Origin: Harriotta raleighana
Taxonomy: Eukaryota
Direction: 5' to 3'
Assembly (NCBI GenBank): GCA_050575255.1
Contig: JBNZDD010013730.1
Location: forward strand, 6,903,498-6,967,497
Length of the DNA stretch: 64,000 nucleotides
Under the pieces are notes generated by a model that saw only the letters and a program-made list of their open reading frames with translations, ran no database searches and was not told where the DNA came from. Positions 11,371 to 25,000 of the stretch are shown in pieces (positions within the stretch are counted from its first letter, which is position 1; every line of letters begins with the position of its first letter). The position numbers and the translations under genes were made by a program.

Positions 11371-14300
11371 TCCTGCTACTCTTTTGATTCACTTTAAGAT
11401 TATTAACTTGTTCAACTGTTGACTTTAATGAGTAAAATAAAGACAGGTTGTGGATCAATATTTAGAGTTACCTTTTCTTCGTACGATGGATTATTGGCTG
11501 ACAACTAAAGTGCACTATTATTCTATTATTCTATTTCTAGAACTCTCTCAATTGTGCTAAAGCTTTTCTTGTAATGTAGCGGGTGCCACTTTTCTCTTCC
11601 CGCCTCTGAGGAAGTATTTTCCTTCTGCTCAGCATCTCATTCTGTCGACCTAGTTAATGTCAACAATTTAGCCAATTACGATGTAAAAGGAATGAACTCA
11701 CTACTTGTATGTCAGGCTACCCTGAGATCAAATTGATCTTGGAATTTACGCAGAGATTTAATCGTAAATTAATTCACCCTATTTAATTTAAGCACAATCT
11801 TAGGTTATTGATCCACTAGATCACTTTATTTCTATTAATATAGTAATTGAAGTTGACAAGAGGACTTAAAAACTGATTTGGAACTGTAACCAAATCACCA
11901 GGAGACGCTCAACATTTGGTTTCTGTGTTACTTTCTCCCTTATCCTGCCCCTCAAATCAACTTACGAAATGTAATGTTTCACAATACGTTCTGTTATTAT
12001 TTTATATATTACCAGTCACTGGATAGAGCAGGAGGCCTCCGCATTGCAAGCATCTTCTAAGACTAGTTATCATATAATATTACATTGTATGTACTTGCAG
12101 GAATTGCTAGAATGTGACTAGTTATGTGTTTAGTGGAGTGACAAGTCAAGCTGAATCTCTTATTTACATTTAGCATGGATATTGACTGCATGCCTATTTA
12201 AGTGGCATTGATGAGTTAAGCAAGTGTCTTGTTATAAGGCGTTTACGGTCATATATTCCATACCTTCTGTGCCAGCCATGACAACTAAGACAATTATGGC
12301 AAACATTGTCAACACCAACTGAAAGAAAATTGCTCTGGGATATTGGCCTAAGTTTCCTAATACACCAACAGCTAGCTTTAACATAGCTGTGTGTATAACT
12401 TATACTTTGATCAATTCTGATAAATATTTAAACTAATAAGGATGAAAGTAAAATCTGTTTGTTTCTTCACAATTCCACCCCCTCTTGCCCACTGCCTTTA
12501 TGTTGCATTCTTGCAGTTCTGCCCTGTTTACATGCTGATCACTTAGTCATCCATCATCCAGATGTCACCTTTGGCTTTGTGAAGCAAGAATCACACTGCA
12601 GCTCATACAACTAATTTGAAATGCAGGTTGTCTGACTTCCATTAATTGTGGTACTTATCTAATGCGATAATACTGGAGTTATTGATTAGAGCAATGCAGG
12701 TTATTTAACTTTTGCGCTGTAAAACACTGAGCAATTTACAGAAACGTTTTGTTCTTAAAGAGCATTCTCACAATCCTTCTGGGAAAGTGAGGACTGTCAA
12801 GTAACGCAATGGGCATCATGTGTTAAAGATGCTTGCTCTCAGTTTGTGACTTTGATCTTTGTTTCTAGTTGCCATTGGTGATTTTGAATCTTTGTCAGTC
12901 AAAAGAATAACGCAATTCTTAAGCGAATGAATGAACTGTTGTATGATTACAAACAGATCCCTTGGTTTTTCCCACAGAGTTCACAGACCAGTAGTGAAAT
13001 AGAAACATAACAAGTAAGTATGCGGTCAATGGAAAAAATACTAAATAATATTAAATAAAAGTAGATTATGATTGATAATTTCGCTTTGAGAACTCCTTCC
13101 AAGCAATATGTTGAATTATAAAATATTTGACAGTGCTAATAGCCATATGGTTTCCATCAAGTATTAAATATGTAACTTCTAAACCAGTGTATCAGTCTTA
13201 TAGTGAGGGGACTATAAGATGACTTTAAACAGTGAACAAAATCGAAAGACCCCCAAAAAATCCCATTTCATTACATCTTGCTTTTTATCAGAATCTGACT
13301 GAATATTTTATACCATTTAAAAACTTGGGTGGAATATATTTCCAATTAAGTCCTGGTAGAATTGTGAAGTTTGGGAAATGTACATCGTAATTTGAAAGTT
13401 AAATCCTAATCTGTAGTGCCTTCATACATGCAAAAGCTGTAGCTACTCATTGCTACGATAAAAGCTTTTGTACTCCAAATTTCACATATGGAGTTTTATT
13501 ATAAAACCACCACTGAAACCGACATGTTTGAATGAGCTGTTCAAAGACTTGGCTGGAGATTTTGCTGAACATTGTAAAATGAGCAAACTTTGTAGTGTAT
13601 GATATAATTTGATCCCAATCAATTTGCAATGCAATGCAATGCTAGCTGACGGTTATCCTACAGATAAGAAACATTTCCATTTGCTTTTTAATCAATCTGA
13701 AATTTTAGCAAATGGTCTTTCAGCATATAATAAATTGGTAGCTTGTTCAGACTAGTTTTACTGAGCTGGTGACCTCTAACACTGCTAAATCTGTCGTGTA
13801 ATCCTTTATTGCATATAATGCCCCAAGAGACTAGTTTCCTTTTGATGCTGCAGTGAAAACTTATCACCGGATCACAAGCTGAATGAATGAACTTGGACAC
13901 TAAAGCTAGTTTAATCACATTAATTCTGTTTTTTCCCTAACTCACAGAAACCTTTTTTAAAATGGGTTTGTATTCATTCAAAAAATTTGCAGCTCAGCTG
14001 TCTTTCAAAGTTTAGTTTAAAAGTACAGTACCAGCTATAAAGAGAGAAAAGGAAAATAAGTAACATGCAAAGTTAGTAGATATCATGTAAATTATCCAAA
14101 CTGTTGGATGAAATGTTAAAAGCACAAATAACGGTGGGGATGGGGAGAAAATGAACCACACCTGAGGTGCAAGTAACACTTTGAATGTTAAATGATGGGT
14201 GAAATCAATGATATTAATTTGATTGCGTAATCTTGGCCAGGCAAATATAATTGAGTTACTTCTGGATGTATGCTTTATGTCAGCCTTGATTCTGAAACAA

Positions 14301-14535
14301 GTATAGTATTGAACCATGAAATATAAGCACATCTCCAACTCTGCTTTAGTATCTGGAAAAGCTTCAGATTCCATTCACCACTAACTTATATAATTGTTTC
14401 ATGGATCTTAAAAAGGCACAGTGCTTAGTGCTATATGTATGTGTATCTGGTCAGTCTGTTCTTGGAGATTAACATGTTTGTTTGTATATGGGAGGGAAAG
14501 CACACATATGGAAACAATTGGTTTGTAGTGGTCAC

Positions 14536-14858
14536 AATAATAATAATTCTTGCATTTGGTAAAGTACCATATCACATATTCAAGATGTTTCAAAGGGCGA
14601 CACAGAATGTACTTTAAGGTGAATTGACTGTATATTTTGTGGATGAAATGCGATAGCCAATTGCGCACAGCAGTATCCCACAAACAGTCGTGGATTGAGT
14701 GAATAAATTCTACATTTTTTGAAGGAATTATTACGCCTAGAAAAGTGATCTGCCAATCTACAAACAACCAGATTCCTACTTACTGCTAGGTAAACAGAAA
14801 CATGTGGGATAAGGAAACTGTGATGTTAGTGCCCTAACCACTGAGCTACAGGACTTCA
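14536..14858 (-). mobile_element. Near full-length tRNA-Deu-L2 SINE
   Basis: Tail, core ccaattgcgcacagcagtatcccacaaacagtcgtggattgagtga and head taaccactgagctacaggact all present. Confidence 0.9.
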
Positions 14859-16269
14859 GAATGTATCCACAATTTGAGTCTTACAGATCTGGTGCTACCA
14901 TCGAAAAAAAAACATGCTTGTTTTTTAACTTCAAGGAAACGCACAATGAACAAAACACACAACATTTATTTTTGAGTGTGGGGGTGCGGAATAATACTTT
15001 ACTAAAATTTATCAAATAACGTTTAAATGTCTAATATATTTAGTGTGACTTAATCCAGTGCTATTTGCTAATTTCTCCAAAGCAAATTTGATTTAAAAAT
15101 AAATGTTCACTGGAAGGTATAATAAATAGTCCTTTAAATACTAAAGGGATGCTGCTGACCAACACAGCATGGAACCAGATCAAGTAGTAAGTGTCTGCTC
15201 CAATGCATTGTGATTTATGGAGCTCTAAACTGACACTGGTGTTAATTACCCTGTTAAAATGGAGACCTCTGACTTTACACATAAAAGACAACATTTAATT
15301 CTGTGTTCACATTTGCTCTGTAATTTGAATAGAATAACAATTTTTGTACCACAACGAGTTACTGGGATTTGTGGGATAATTTTCCCCTTTATTGTGTCAC
15401 TGCCTAAAGAAGAAATATTGAAATTTTCTCCAGTGAATTACTCCTGAAGTGCAGTTCAGAATTTATATTCTGAGCATGAGCAATGCAGCTACCGTCAATT
15501 AATCAGTGAAAAATCTTTCCATTTTCATTGAATCTCAACAATCAACAGAATAACTCACTGACGAAGGGCCAACGCAGGAGTTCTTCTACTTATTTGAAAG
15601 GCCTTTTTCACTTATCAGTGCCTGTGCTATCTGTAAATTAACGGATCTTTCATGAGGAGGAAAGAACTGCAATAGTCGTCCATCATCGGTAAGTTATTCT
15701 GTATATGCACCATTGCCTCCAGTCACATCACCTCGGACTTCATCATGTTATAATCAGTTCTCAAATGGCACAACGGTATCTTTATGGCCTCACACAGAAG
15801 CTTAATTCCTTAAAAAAAAAGGAAATATTTCTGCATAATAAAAATGACAATGATATCATCTTTAAAGCCATTTTAAGTAAGAATCATTCTGTGGAATAAT
15901 GACTTTTTTAAAAAAAAAGCTATTGTGCTCCCTGGCCAGTCCAGTCCCATTGTGTCTATCTATATCAGATAAAGTGTGAAACACTGTAGTGAAATTACGT
16001 TGCCTGTCATTTAAAGACATTGGGAAAGGGGTTCAGGCTGCGCTCCCACCATCTTCAGTGACAGAAAGCAATCGTTTAGCCGAACATGTGCAAAAATCCA
16101 GTATCTGGTGTTACCTTTTTAATAGCTCTCACTACAGTGAGGTGCAGGAAATATAAAGCAGCTTGCCATGCCACATTCCTCTACTGCCGTGACAATGTTC
16201 CTGGTTAACTATGCTTCTCACATTTCTTTTTAAAAAACCTTCTATAAAATATTCTAAATAAATAATGAT

Positions 16270-16435
16270 AAAAAAAATGTGTTCACTCGATCCACAATTG
16301 CTGTGCATAATTGGCTACCGAGTTTCGCCCACAAAAATATAAGATCAATTCACTTGACTGTACATTCTATGAAGTGTTTTGAGGTGTCTCGAAGACTTGT
16401 TACAGGGCTATATCAAATACAGGATTATTATTATT
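16270..16435 (+). mobile_element. SINE 3' half
   Basis: gctgtgcataattggctaccgagtttcgccc...ctatatcaaatacaggattattattatt. Confidence 0.85.
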
Positions 16436-18402
16436 CCTGTCTTTTAACAGTTTAATTTATCCAAATAAATTATCCGAATGTGCCTTTGAAGAGACTTGTG
16501 AAGTATTTTCCCAGCTTTTGTAAAGGGAGAAATTTACAATTATGTGATTTGAAACATTGTGATGTATTCACACTGCCAATTGTACATATACATCACTTTC
16601 CCATCTAGAAACTGCGAACTTAGAAATTTGTTGGATTCAGCGAGTTCATTGCTCTCTGAAGCAAAGCAACAATTGGAACCCAAATAACATGAGTTACGCT
16701 GTACTGTCTATGGGAAATTATCCAACTTCATGCCTCTGAAGAGTAGTAAACACATTCCGGGCCTTTTCAGAAAACATAAGGAACATTTCTAAACTTTTTT
16801 TTTAAAAAAAAGCATTTCTTTAACAAATGCACATTTTGTACTATTGCTTGAGCCAACTTTACGACCTCAATTTTCCAAATAAAATATGCACAATATAAAT
16901 TGGCTGGAAACATCTGCAAATATTACTGTGAAAAGTACACTTAATTGGATTTTTAATTCAAGCCAGACTTCAGATGATGATTCCATTGTGGCCTGCAGAC
17001 CACAGATACCAGAAGCATTGAAAAATCATAGTGACTACAAAAGGCACTGCAACAACTTTCAAATTTCCACCTCTCAATTTGACACGGATATTTTAGGTTC
17101 ATTTCCTATTAAGAGCAGTTTTTTTTTAACAGATAGTGGATTGGTCTTAAAAAGAGAAGAAATTATAAATAATGTAGCTGACAAAGTTGTTAAATAGTTC
17201 AGAAGATTTGCTGCGTATTATTATTAGAACGTATGTGCTTCACTATAAACAGGTTGCAAACAAATTTATTCAGACAGGAACAATGAAGCAACATTTTAAG
17301 AAAATTACATTGCAACCTAAAAGCTTTTTGGCTTCCATTACATTGGGCCCTACAGTTCATGATATATTCCCTGAGCTTGTGGGATTCAATAATTTAAGAT
17401 GAAATGAAAACAGCAGGTAGCAATAATATCACTGCATAGTAATACCTGCTATGAGAACAAAGATTATAGCATAGAATTACTCCCACCAGGAAAGGGTCAA
17501 GTGCAAATATCTACAGAATACTCCAATATCACATGGCACAAATTTCTTAGCATCTTGAATCATAGTAGATGAAGGGTGTTTCAGTATTAATAAGTGTATA
17601 ATTTCTGATTATCTTTTCTGTCTTGACTTTCTTACACCCCTTCCTCGGGAAAATACACAATGGAAGTCATTGTATGCAGTCTGGCTTTAATTAAAATACC
17701 AATTTAATATTTTTGAAGCATTACTTGCAGATGTTACTAGAAAGGTTGTACGTTTCTTACAGGCTGGAGTCAAGAGTTGGCTCCAACGGTAGTTTAAAAA
17801 TGCATTTTATCCAAACAAAAGAGAAGCTTCATAACCAAAGGGATTAGTTACTCTTGTTTATGTTGACTTGTTTATGTTGGGAGTGCATTGCAACATTTCC
17901 TGTATTTTTCCCAATCGGTTATTTAATTTAATTTGCAACAATCCCCCAGGTTGAAATCTACCAAATTCTATGTTTGTTTGCAGTGCTTAAGAGTTGGTAA
18001 GGCGTTATAGAGAGGAAATGGTGTTGGTCTCAGCATTTCATTGCCTTCAATCGTTTATCCAAGAATATGTTGCAAAACACATTTGTTTTCTTTAGATAAG
18101 GGAATAAATGTCTGCCTTTTGTCCCATTTTAGGTTTTAAACAACATTTTGTTTCAGTGGCTAATTTTAAATGAGAGTGCATTGAAAGATAACGAACTACA
18201 TTTGAGTAAAGAGTGACATTCATCTCAAAAAGAGATGATTTGCAATGAGCTTCACTGGTACTGACTCAGACACAAATGGGGAACCATGCTACTAACTGTC
18301 AAAATGACATAGCTGATTCGCAGGAACTCCACAACCACACAAGCAGCCGTGATGTATTGCTGGTCTGTGTCAAGATTCCCTCAAACCACACTGAGACATT
18401 TA

Positions 18403-18472
18403 TAATAATAATAATGCTTGCATTTGATGTAGTGCCTTATCATGTCTTCAAGACATCTCAAAGTGCTTTGTG
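18403..18472 (-). mobile_element. SINE tail fragment
   Basis: (taa)n tgcttgcatttgatgtagtgccttatcatgtcttcaagacatctcaaagtgc. Confidence 0.8.
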
Positions 18473-19061
18473 GAATTTATTAGTTTATTGGTGTAATGCC
18501 ACTTTTTCTACCTCATCGAGTATAGAGGCTGCTGGCAATAGACTCTCCCTATTTATTTGACTATAGAAATAGATGCTGCTCTGACCTAATTACTTGACAG
18601 CAGTGCTTAAGTTGGGCAGAGGGATTGCCGCAAAGTGGACATGGAAACTTACATGCAAAGACGCAAAGATTAAATACATGGGCAGTTAGAGCTCAAATCT
18701 GCCCTATGCAATCGATCAATGTATGCCAGCCCTGTCAGTATCTATCACTACAATTACAGGAGTAGATGCTGGGATAGATAAAGTTGCATATCTGATCGCT
18801 GCCATAAATCACTGCCACATTCAAGCTCTAATATTCAACAAAAATATCACCCGTGTTACCTCCAACATAGAATGAATGCAGCCAGATATATTTTTCAACA
18901 AAGAAGATAACAGTAAATCTGGCAATTTATTAAAAAATTTTGTCTCTGAATAGATTGACGCAGTTGCATGATTTTAATAGACTTCTGAGTCACTCTCCAA
19001 AATGGGTTTGGATAACTTCTGAAACAGTACATTGACAAGAAGTATCTCAAATGAAATAGGT

Positions 19062-19130
19062 ATATGTCCCTCGCCGAATGTGGGGGTTACATTCCTGGAA
19101 AAAAGCGCACTGGGTAAAATCGCGATCGGT
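19062..19130 (+). mobile_element. TcMar/Tigger-like terminal fragment
   Basis: gtccctcgccgaatgtgggggttacattcctggaaaa...aaaatcgcg resembles Tigger/MER2-type ends (recalled); no matching opposite end found. Confidence 0.45.
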
Positions 19131-19199
19131 AAGCTTAAAAAGTAATGGTAATAAAAGGGTGAGGGGAATCCATCCACAGGCTATCCAACCTCAAGCCTT

Positions 19200-19680
19200 C
19201 AGGCACATCCACACCTGACCGACGCAAGGTGTGTACTGAGGCGGGCTACAGCCACCTGGCCCACTCTCCCCGCTCGTTGCTCTCCCTGCTCTCACTGACT
19301 CACTGGAGACAATAAAACAGCACCTTTCACTTCCACAGCTTGGCTAAATTATTTTACTTTTGGTCCTGGAAGTGTTCGGCTATGTGAATACAGTAAATAT
19401 GAATGATTGTACTTTACCAATGAATGATGATGATGAGAATGGTGAACTTGGAGAGGAATAATTCTGCCGAGGAATCATCGGACAGTCCGAGGAATCATCG
19501 GACTTAGGCGGTAGCTGGCGGCGCCCTCCCAAGTGCGCATGCCCGCGGGCCCAGCCAACGCGTACATTCAAATTTTACTCGTGATCCGCAAAAAAGTGCC
19601 GTGTTTATTGATTCGCGTATAGTCGAATTCGCACTCGAGAAGGTCGGCAAGGATTGACAGTACACAGGCTCCTTCCAAAT
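19200..19680. promoter_or_regulatory. CpG-rich promoter/enhancer-like island
   Basis: Densest CpG cluster in a CpG-depleted window; NRF1-like tgcgcatgcccg (19534-19545), ETS core ggaagtg (19368-19374), E2F-like ttcgcg and ggcgg motifs. Confidence 0.65.
19467..19503. repeat. Direct duplication of a self-complementary 17-mer (period 20)
   Basis: ccgaggaatcatcggac-agt-ccgaggaatcatcggac. Confidence 0.95.
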
Positions 19681-20877
19681 TGTAATACCCCATTGAAATT
19701 GAATTGAAAACCAGTTTTATTATTTGAAATAAAATTATTCTTGGAAGTATTCTTGGAAGGAATAGGAAAGATTGCAATATTTAGATTATGTTTAAGCTTT
19801 CTAATGTGTTATTTTGTGACTTTGCATTTATATAATCATTCAAGCATTGGTGAGAAATAGTTTGTATTGGGAATTCTCACATTACGCTACATATGGGTTT
19901 GCATGTAGGTGTTTTGACAGGTTTAATATGCAAACTAAGATTCTCTGCCACAGCTACGGCAGAATTATACCAGCTGCGATTTTAAACACATGCTCCATGA
20001 TAAGCAATAAGTTGAACGGCACTGATAGATGCAATGAATTCTCCAGAGAACCATCAAAACATGTTCATTGGGAAGGCACAGGGAGTCATGGATGTCCAGT
20101 TTTGTGTTATATCCATCAATATTGATTTTAATGTATTTGGAATCAATTGATGAGGAGAAAATATTTCCCACAAAGGGATACATCTGTTTACCAAATCTCC
20201 ACTCTCAAGTGGAGCTTGATTTCTAGCCCTAAAGGGATCTGTAGGCAGCCTGACCTGAAAAATTCAAGCGTTGCCAAAAAAAAAAGCAAGTTTGCTTTCT
20301 TTCGCTTAATATTTTTCAAATCTTGAACTTCTACAAATTGGCGATTTGTTTTCTGTTATCAGCTACTAAACAGCAAAGTCAGCAACCCAGCACCTGCTGC
20401 TTAAATGTAACACATCCGTACAGGATCTGATCACCCTCCAAGAACAGTCCTAACAGACAGTTGTTGTCTGCAAGAAAAATGCAAAGTTCATGAAGCATCG
20501 ACTGAAGCACACAAGGCAGCTTCTCTCCGTACTGTAGTCAACAACAAAACCCCAACAATAACTCTTGTCATGGGAGCAAGAACCACGGAGCAGCCAAGAA
20601 CAACCCTTCTGAGCAATGCACCAGCAACACATCGTCATTTTCCAATGAAACATTCACATTACTGTTTTGGGTACCAGCACACTTTAATCCCGTGTGCACC
20701 AGCATTAAATAATACATCTGATTACAAGACATAAAGGAAACACTTGTCAAATGCATCATTTGCTCATTACATATTTTGCTATTTGCCTTGATGTGAATGA
20801 TCCTCTCCCTTGCTATAATTTTTTGTATGATCGGGTTTCATAAATATTGAAGCCAAGCTCTATTACTACTGTACTTA

Positions 20878-21100
20878 ATAATAATCATAATAATCATCCT
20901 GCAATTAATATAGCACCTTATCAAGTCTTTGAGACGTCTCAAAGCACTTCACAGAAAATACAGTACAGTATAGTGAATTGTCTGTTCATTTTGTGGGCAA
21001 AACATGGCAGCCAATTGCACACAGCAGTGTCCGACAATCAGTCGTGGTTTGAGTGATCAATTTATTATTATTTTTTGAAGGAATTATTACCGCAGGAAAA
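20878..21100 (-). mobile_element. SINE, 5'-truncated
   Basis: Tail plus ggcagccaattgcacacagcagtgtcc...cagtcgtggtttgagtgatcaa core. Confidence 0.88.
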
Positions 21101-22065
21101 GCATGTATAGTTTGAGGGCAAAAGTGATTTAGAAATCAGTAGAAACTGGACTTAACTATTTCTATAGTTAAAATTATGTCATTTTATGCCAATACATTAT
21201 GCCATCTAAATTAATTCATGTTTTGTGACACACACATCACTACCTACATGTCATCGACATGCATTTCATTTTTCATCTGATCATTTTCACTGATGGACAA
21301 ATTAAATAGATTATCTAAATATTCAGGCATACAAAACAGGTGAATGTATCAGAATGCAAATATCGGAGAGACAATGAAGAGTTAAATATTTTTGACTCAC
21401 ATCGCAATGCTAGCAGACATGTCTGATGCTTCCAATACAACTCAAATAGATATTGTTTGACATTTTAGTCTTCATTAAAATTGATTAGAAAATCCCCTAT
21501 TATAATAAAATGCTGCCATATAATATATATGCCCCAGCAAAATGTCTTCCATTGTATTTTCACAAATATTGATTCCATCCTTCGATATTTCTAAAAACGA
21601 TAGCTAAAATCAACACAAATAGAAAGCACCAAAGATCAGCACAAACCTAGATTCAATCAGGTCATTCATCTATCAGATCGGGGACTACCCTTTTGCAGAT
21701 TTGCTAGAAGTGGCAGAGAAAAACTGCATGAAGGGACCAATTTTATGCCATGAGAGGGAAAGCTATTGTGAAAACTGTCAGCATTTCATCAAAGGAGAAT
21801 TTTATTTTTAAATGAGAAATAATCGTGTTTTCCTTTACCAATCAATCCCTTGCTGTGTTTATGTTGCTTCAAACAGTGAACAATGACGTGTTGCTGTCAA
21901 TTAAGAACCAACAGCGTACAGACCGTATCTACAATCTGGGGTCCCATGTATTTTATCACCTTAAGCTCGATTCGTCCCTTCTTTCAAGAATCTTCTAAAA
22001 CCCTAGCTTGTTGTCATTCAATAGCATGGCTTTCTCTCTAGTACTCTCGTTCACTTCTGTCAACC

Positions 22066-22270
22066 TAATAATGCTTGCATTTGAAATTGCCCTCAGCACA
22101 TCAAAATACTTCACGAAGTACTTCACGCAATAACTTTACATTGAGTTTCTAGTGACCAATTGTGTTGGCAAAGGTGCCATCTAACTTGCATCACCAACAT
22201 TCATTCCATCAACAGCAATGAGAAAAATCTTGACGCAACACGCAGACTTTGTTTTGACTATGTTACTTGA
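22066..22270 (-). mobile_element. Old Deu-domain SINE remnant
   Basis: aataatgcttgcatttg tail and degenerate core ending in aacagcaatgaga. Confidence 0.45.
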
Positions 22271-24931
22271 ACAAAAATACTTACTTCTGCTTCTCCTCAC
22301 TCAGTACTTTTGTAATAAAATTTACACCCTGCAATTCACTGTTTGCAAGGCTTGTTGCTATAGTGACAATCCTTGAATGCAACCCTTGAAATGGTTTAAT
22401 TAGCATGCAACCATGGTTGCAATGTTCCCAGTGTGAGAAATCAGGAGCATCCTGTGGAGGGTGTGTCATCTGCTGTGTGAGGTGGCTAATGTGGGAGACA
22501 TTCTTCCAAGAGAAGAATATTTGGCCATTACCATATCTGTGAGGGATACATGATCCTTTAGCCTCCTCCCTCCAGTCCCCGCACCTCCGTTACCATTTCT
22601 GTTATTAGATGAATGAAAATGTTGACTAGAAGTTGACTACTACTGGTTATAGAATGTCCCGCACATCACATGAACTTCAGTATGATTCATAATTTGTCTG
22701 CCTTTATGCTGCCTTCGGCCAAAAACACAAGAGCTGTCCTAATTCGTTTAATCATCATAATAATAAAACCAGGTCAGAGTAAATTAGTGCAGAGAGCAAA
22801 CTAAAAGCAGCTACTGCTGATCAATACTTAAGGGCTCCAAGATGTTGCCCCGTCTGAAGTTGTTGTTGTAGAGGTTAAAATGACAATATAGTTAAGTACA
22901 ATTTCGACCATTAATGGTACCATTATTTTTCATTATTTCTACTCAAGTACAATTGGAAATCATTTCAGTAAAATCTACTCAGCACTGTTCTTTGATATGT
23001 TGGCCTTGACCTACAACTGTTTATTGTGATTGAAATATTCAGATGTATTTTAGCATCCAAATTGCTTTCTGTCACAAATTGACTTCCTCTCCTCTTAAAT
23101 TATATGCAAGTAATTGAAGAATTGGTAAAGTGGTATAATTTAACTGTGCTCAGCATGTATCTGGTACTGATAGAGAAGAGATCTTACTTTAATTTATGTA
23201 ATTGTTTTTGATGGGCTGCACAAATGCTGTCCACATCAACATTTTCTCGTAACTCTTACCATCCATCTCTAGTGAGACTATCTCTTTAAAAATAGCTTTA
23301 AGTAGAATGAATTGCATAAATATTAATAGCCTTGGTGCCTCAGATCCATAGATTGTTATCTCAGTGTCAAACGTTGCTCCAGCAGTCCAATGAAATCTTC
23401 TAATGTTACAAGCTGTGTTTTTCGTTAGCCCATTAGCCCATGGCATGCTGACATGTCAGGGTCACACAGTATGATATCACATAGAGAACATGTCAGTTTC
23501 AGATTTCAGAAGCAAATGAGATCTACAAGTTGTTTTGGATGGAGAGGCTTTACCTTGTCTCAGGGCATCACTCTTTCACTTGATGCTATATTGTCTTGTC
23601 TTTACAACAACAACAGCAACAACAAAGTTATATTTATTATCCCCCTTGGTTAAACTTCAACATTGCTACAAAGCAATACAAATTTACATTCATACCCTTG
23701 ACATCATGAGGACATCCCACGATGGCATTCCAGGGTTTTTCATGCTGCTAATAAAATCTTGCAATGTTCCATAGCTTTTAAATATAAAATCTCCAGTTCC
23801 ACCCTCAAATTCTGGTCTTGTAAAACCTTTCTCTGAAAAGTAGTAAACACAAAATGGTATGGGTTTGTTCTTGTCTTTAAATTTGGTTATCTTCTCAAGT
23901 CTAGGTCAAACCATTTTGTGAAATGTCCAGAAAATAATTTTTGCTTATGAACCTTTGAATTAATTTGATCTGATTCATTTGAACTACGCTTAGTTCTGTA
24001 GACAAAACTTAGAATGGATGGGGAAACAATCTCTCACATAGATTCAGTCCAAACCTTTAAGCACACCCACTATATAAGGTGCTGTCTCGTTCCATCTGAC
24101 TGTCCATAAAGAAATTCAGAAACACTGCTCTTAAGGATAAAGCTGTGACAGTCTCCTGGACTTCTCCTGGAAGGTTTAAATTAAGATTACTAACGTAATT
24201 TGAAGAGTGTTGGAAAAGGCTTGTAATGTTTATGTACATTGCAGAATTGTTTCACAGGGCATAAGCTACAGGATCTACAAATAAGCCTAGTCAGGTTTTA
24301 TTTACAAAGTGCTCTGTGATGCCTAAATAGGCGCAGAATGCTTACTTGCCATGATTACATATCAATGTTATGTTGACTGGTGAGGTATACCAGTATTTCA
24401 AATTCTAACATGATTAATTGTAACATTCAATTGAATGCTTTTAGTTTTGATTTGCTGAATACATTAGATTTTTGGGGAGCCTGAAAGAGTTTAAAGAAAG
24501 TCCTGTACAGTGAATGTTTCACAGTGTTTGTGACCAAATGTCACAAAGTGAATCATCTTTTGTGCCCAGTAATACTAATCCCCTTCAGTTTTGGCACACT
24601 TCTTGCACAGATTGTTTTTAGTGAGTTGACTGTGGAGGGGGAGGCTTACTGTATTTGGAAACAGCCTGGGTGTAAATGTGCATGAGCTAGGCAGACAAGT
24701 TCTTGTCAGCATGGTGGCAGGAAAGCAGATGGTTTGAATAACTTGACATTTTGTGGAGAGCTAGGCATTAGGAGAGAGATGATGTCTCGAAATGTTGTGT
24801 GTGTGCAGTGTCTTTCAAAAAAAAATTGTGTATGCATGATAAATTACCATTTGCAAAACAAATCATTTTTGTGCTGTTTGAAAGACAATGTGTCCCTGGA
24901 TATGTTTGTTACAGTTTTAAAAGAGGAGTAT

Positions 24932-25000
24932 ACAACAGAAACAACAAAATTACATTTATAGAGCGCCTTTCATGTCGGTAGGACGTCCCAAGGCGCTCTA
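24932..25000 (-). mobile_element. L2 3' tail
   Basis: acaacaaaattacatttatagagcgcctttcatgtcggtaggacgtcccaaggcgct. Confidence 0.85.

Noticed and set aside
20101-20174. Imperfect hairpin considered as a pre-miRNA
   Set aside because: Large asymmetric bulges and no match to a miRNA I recognise.
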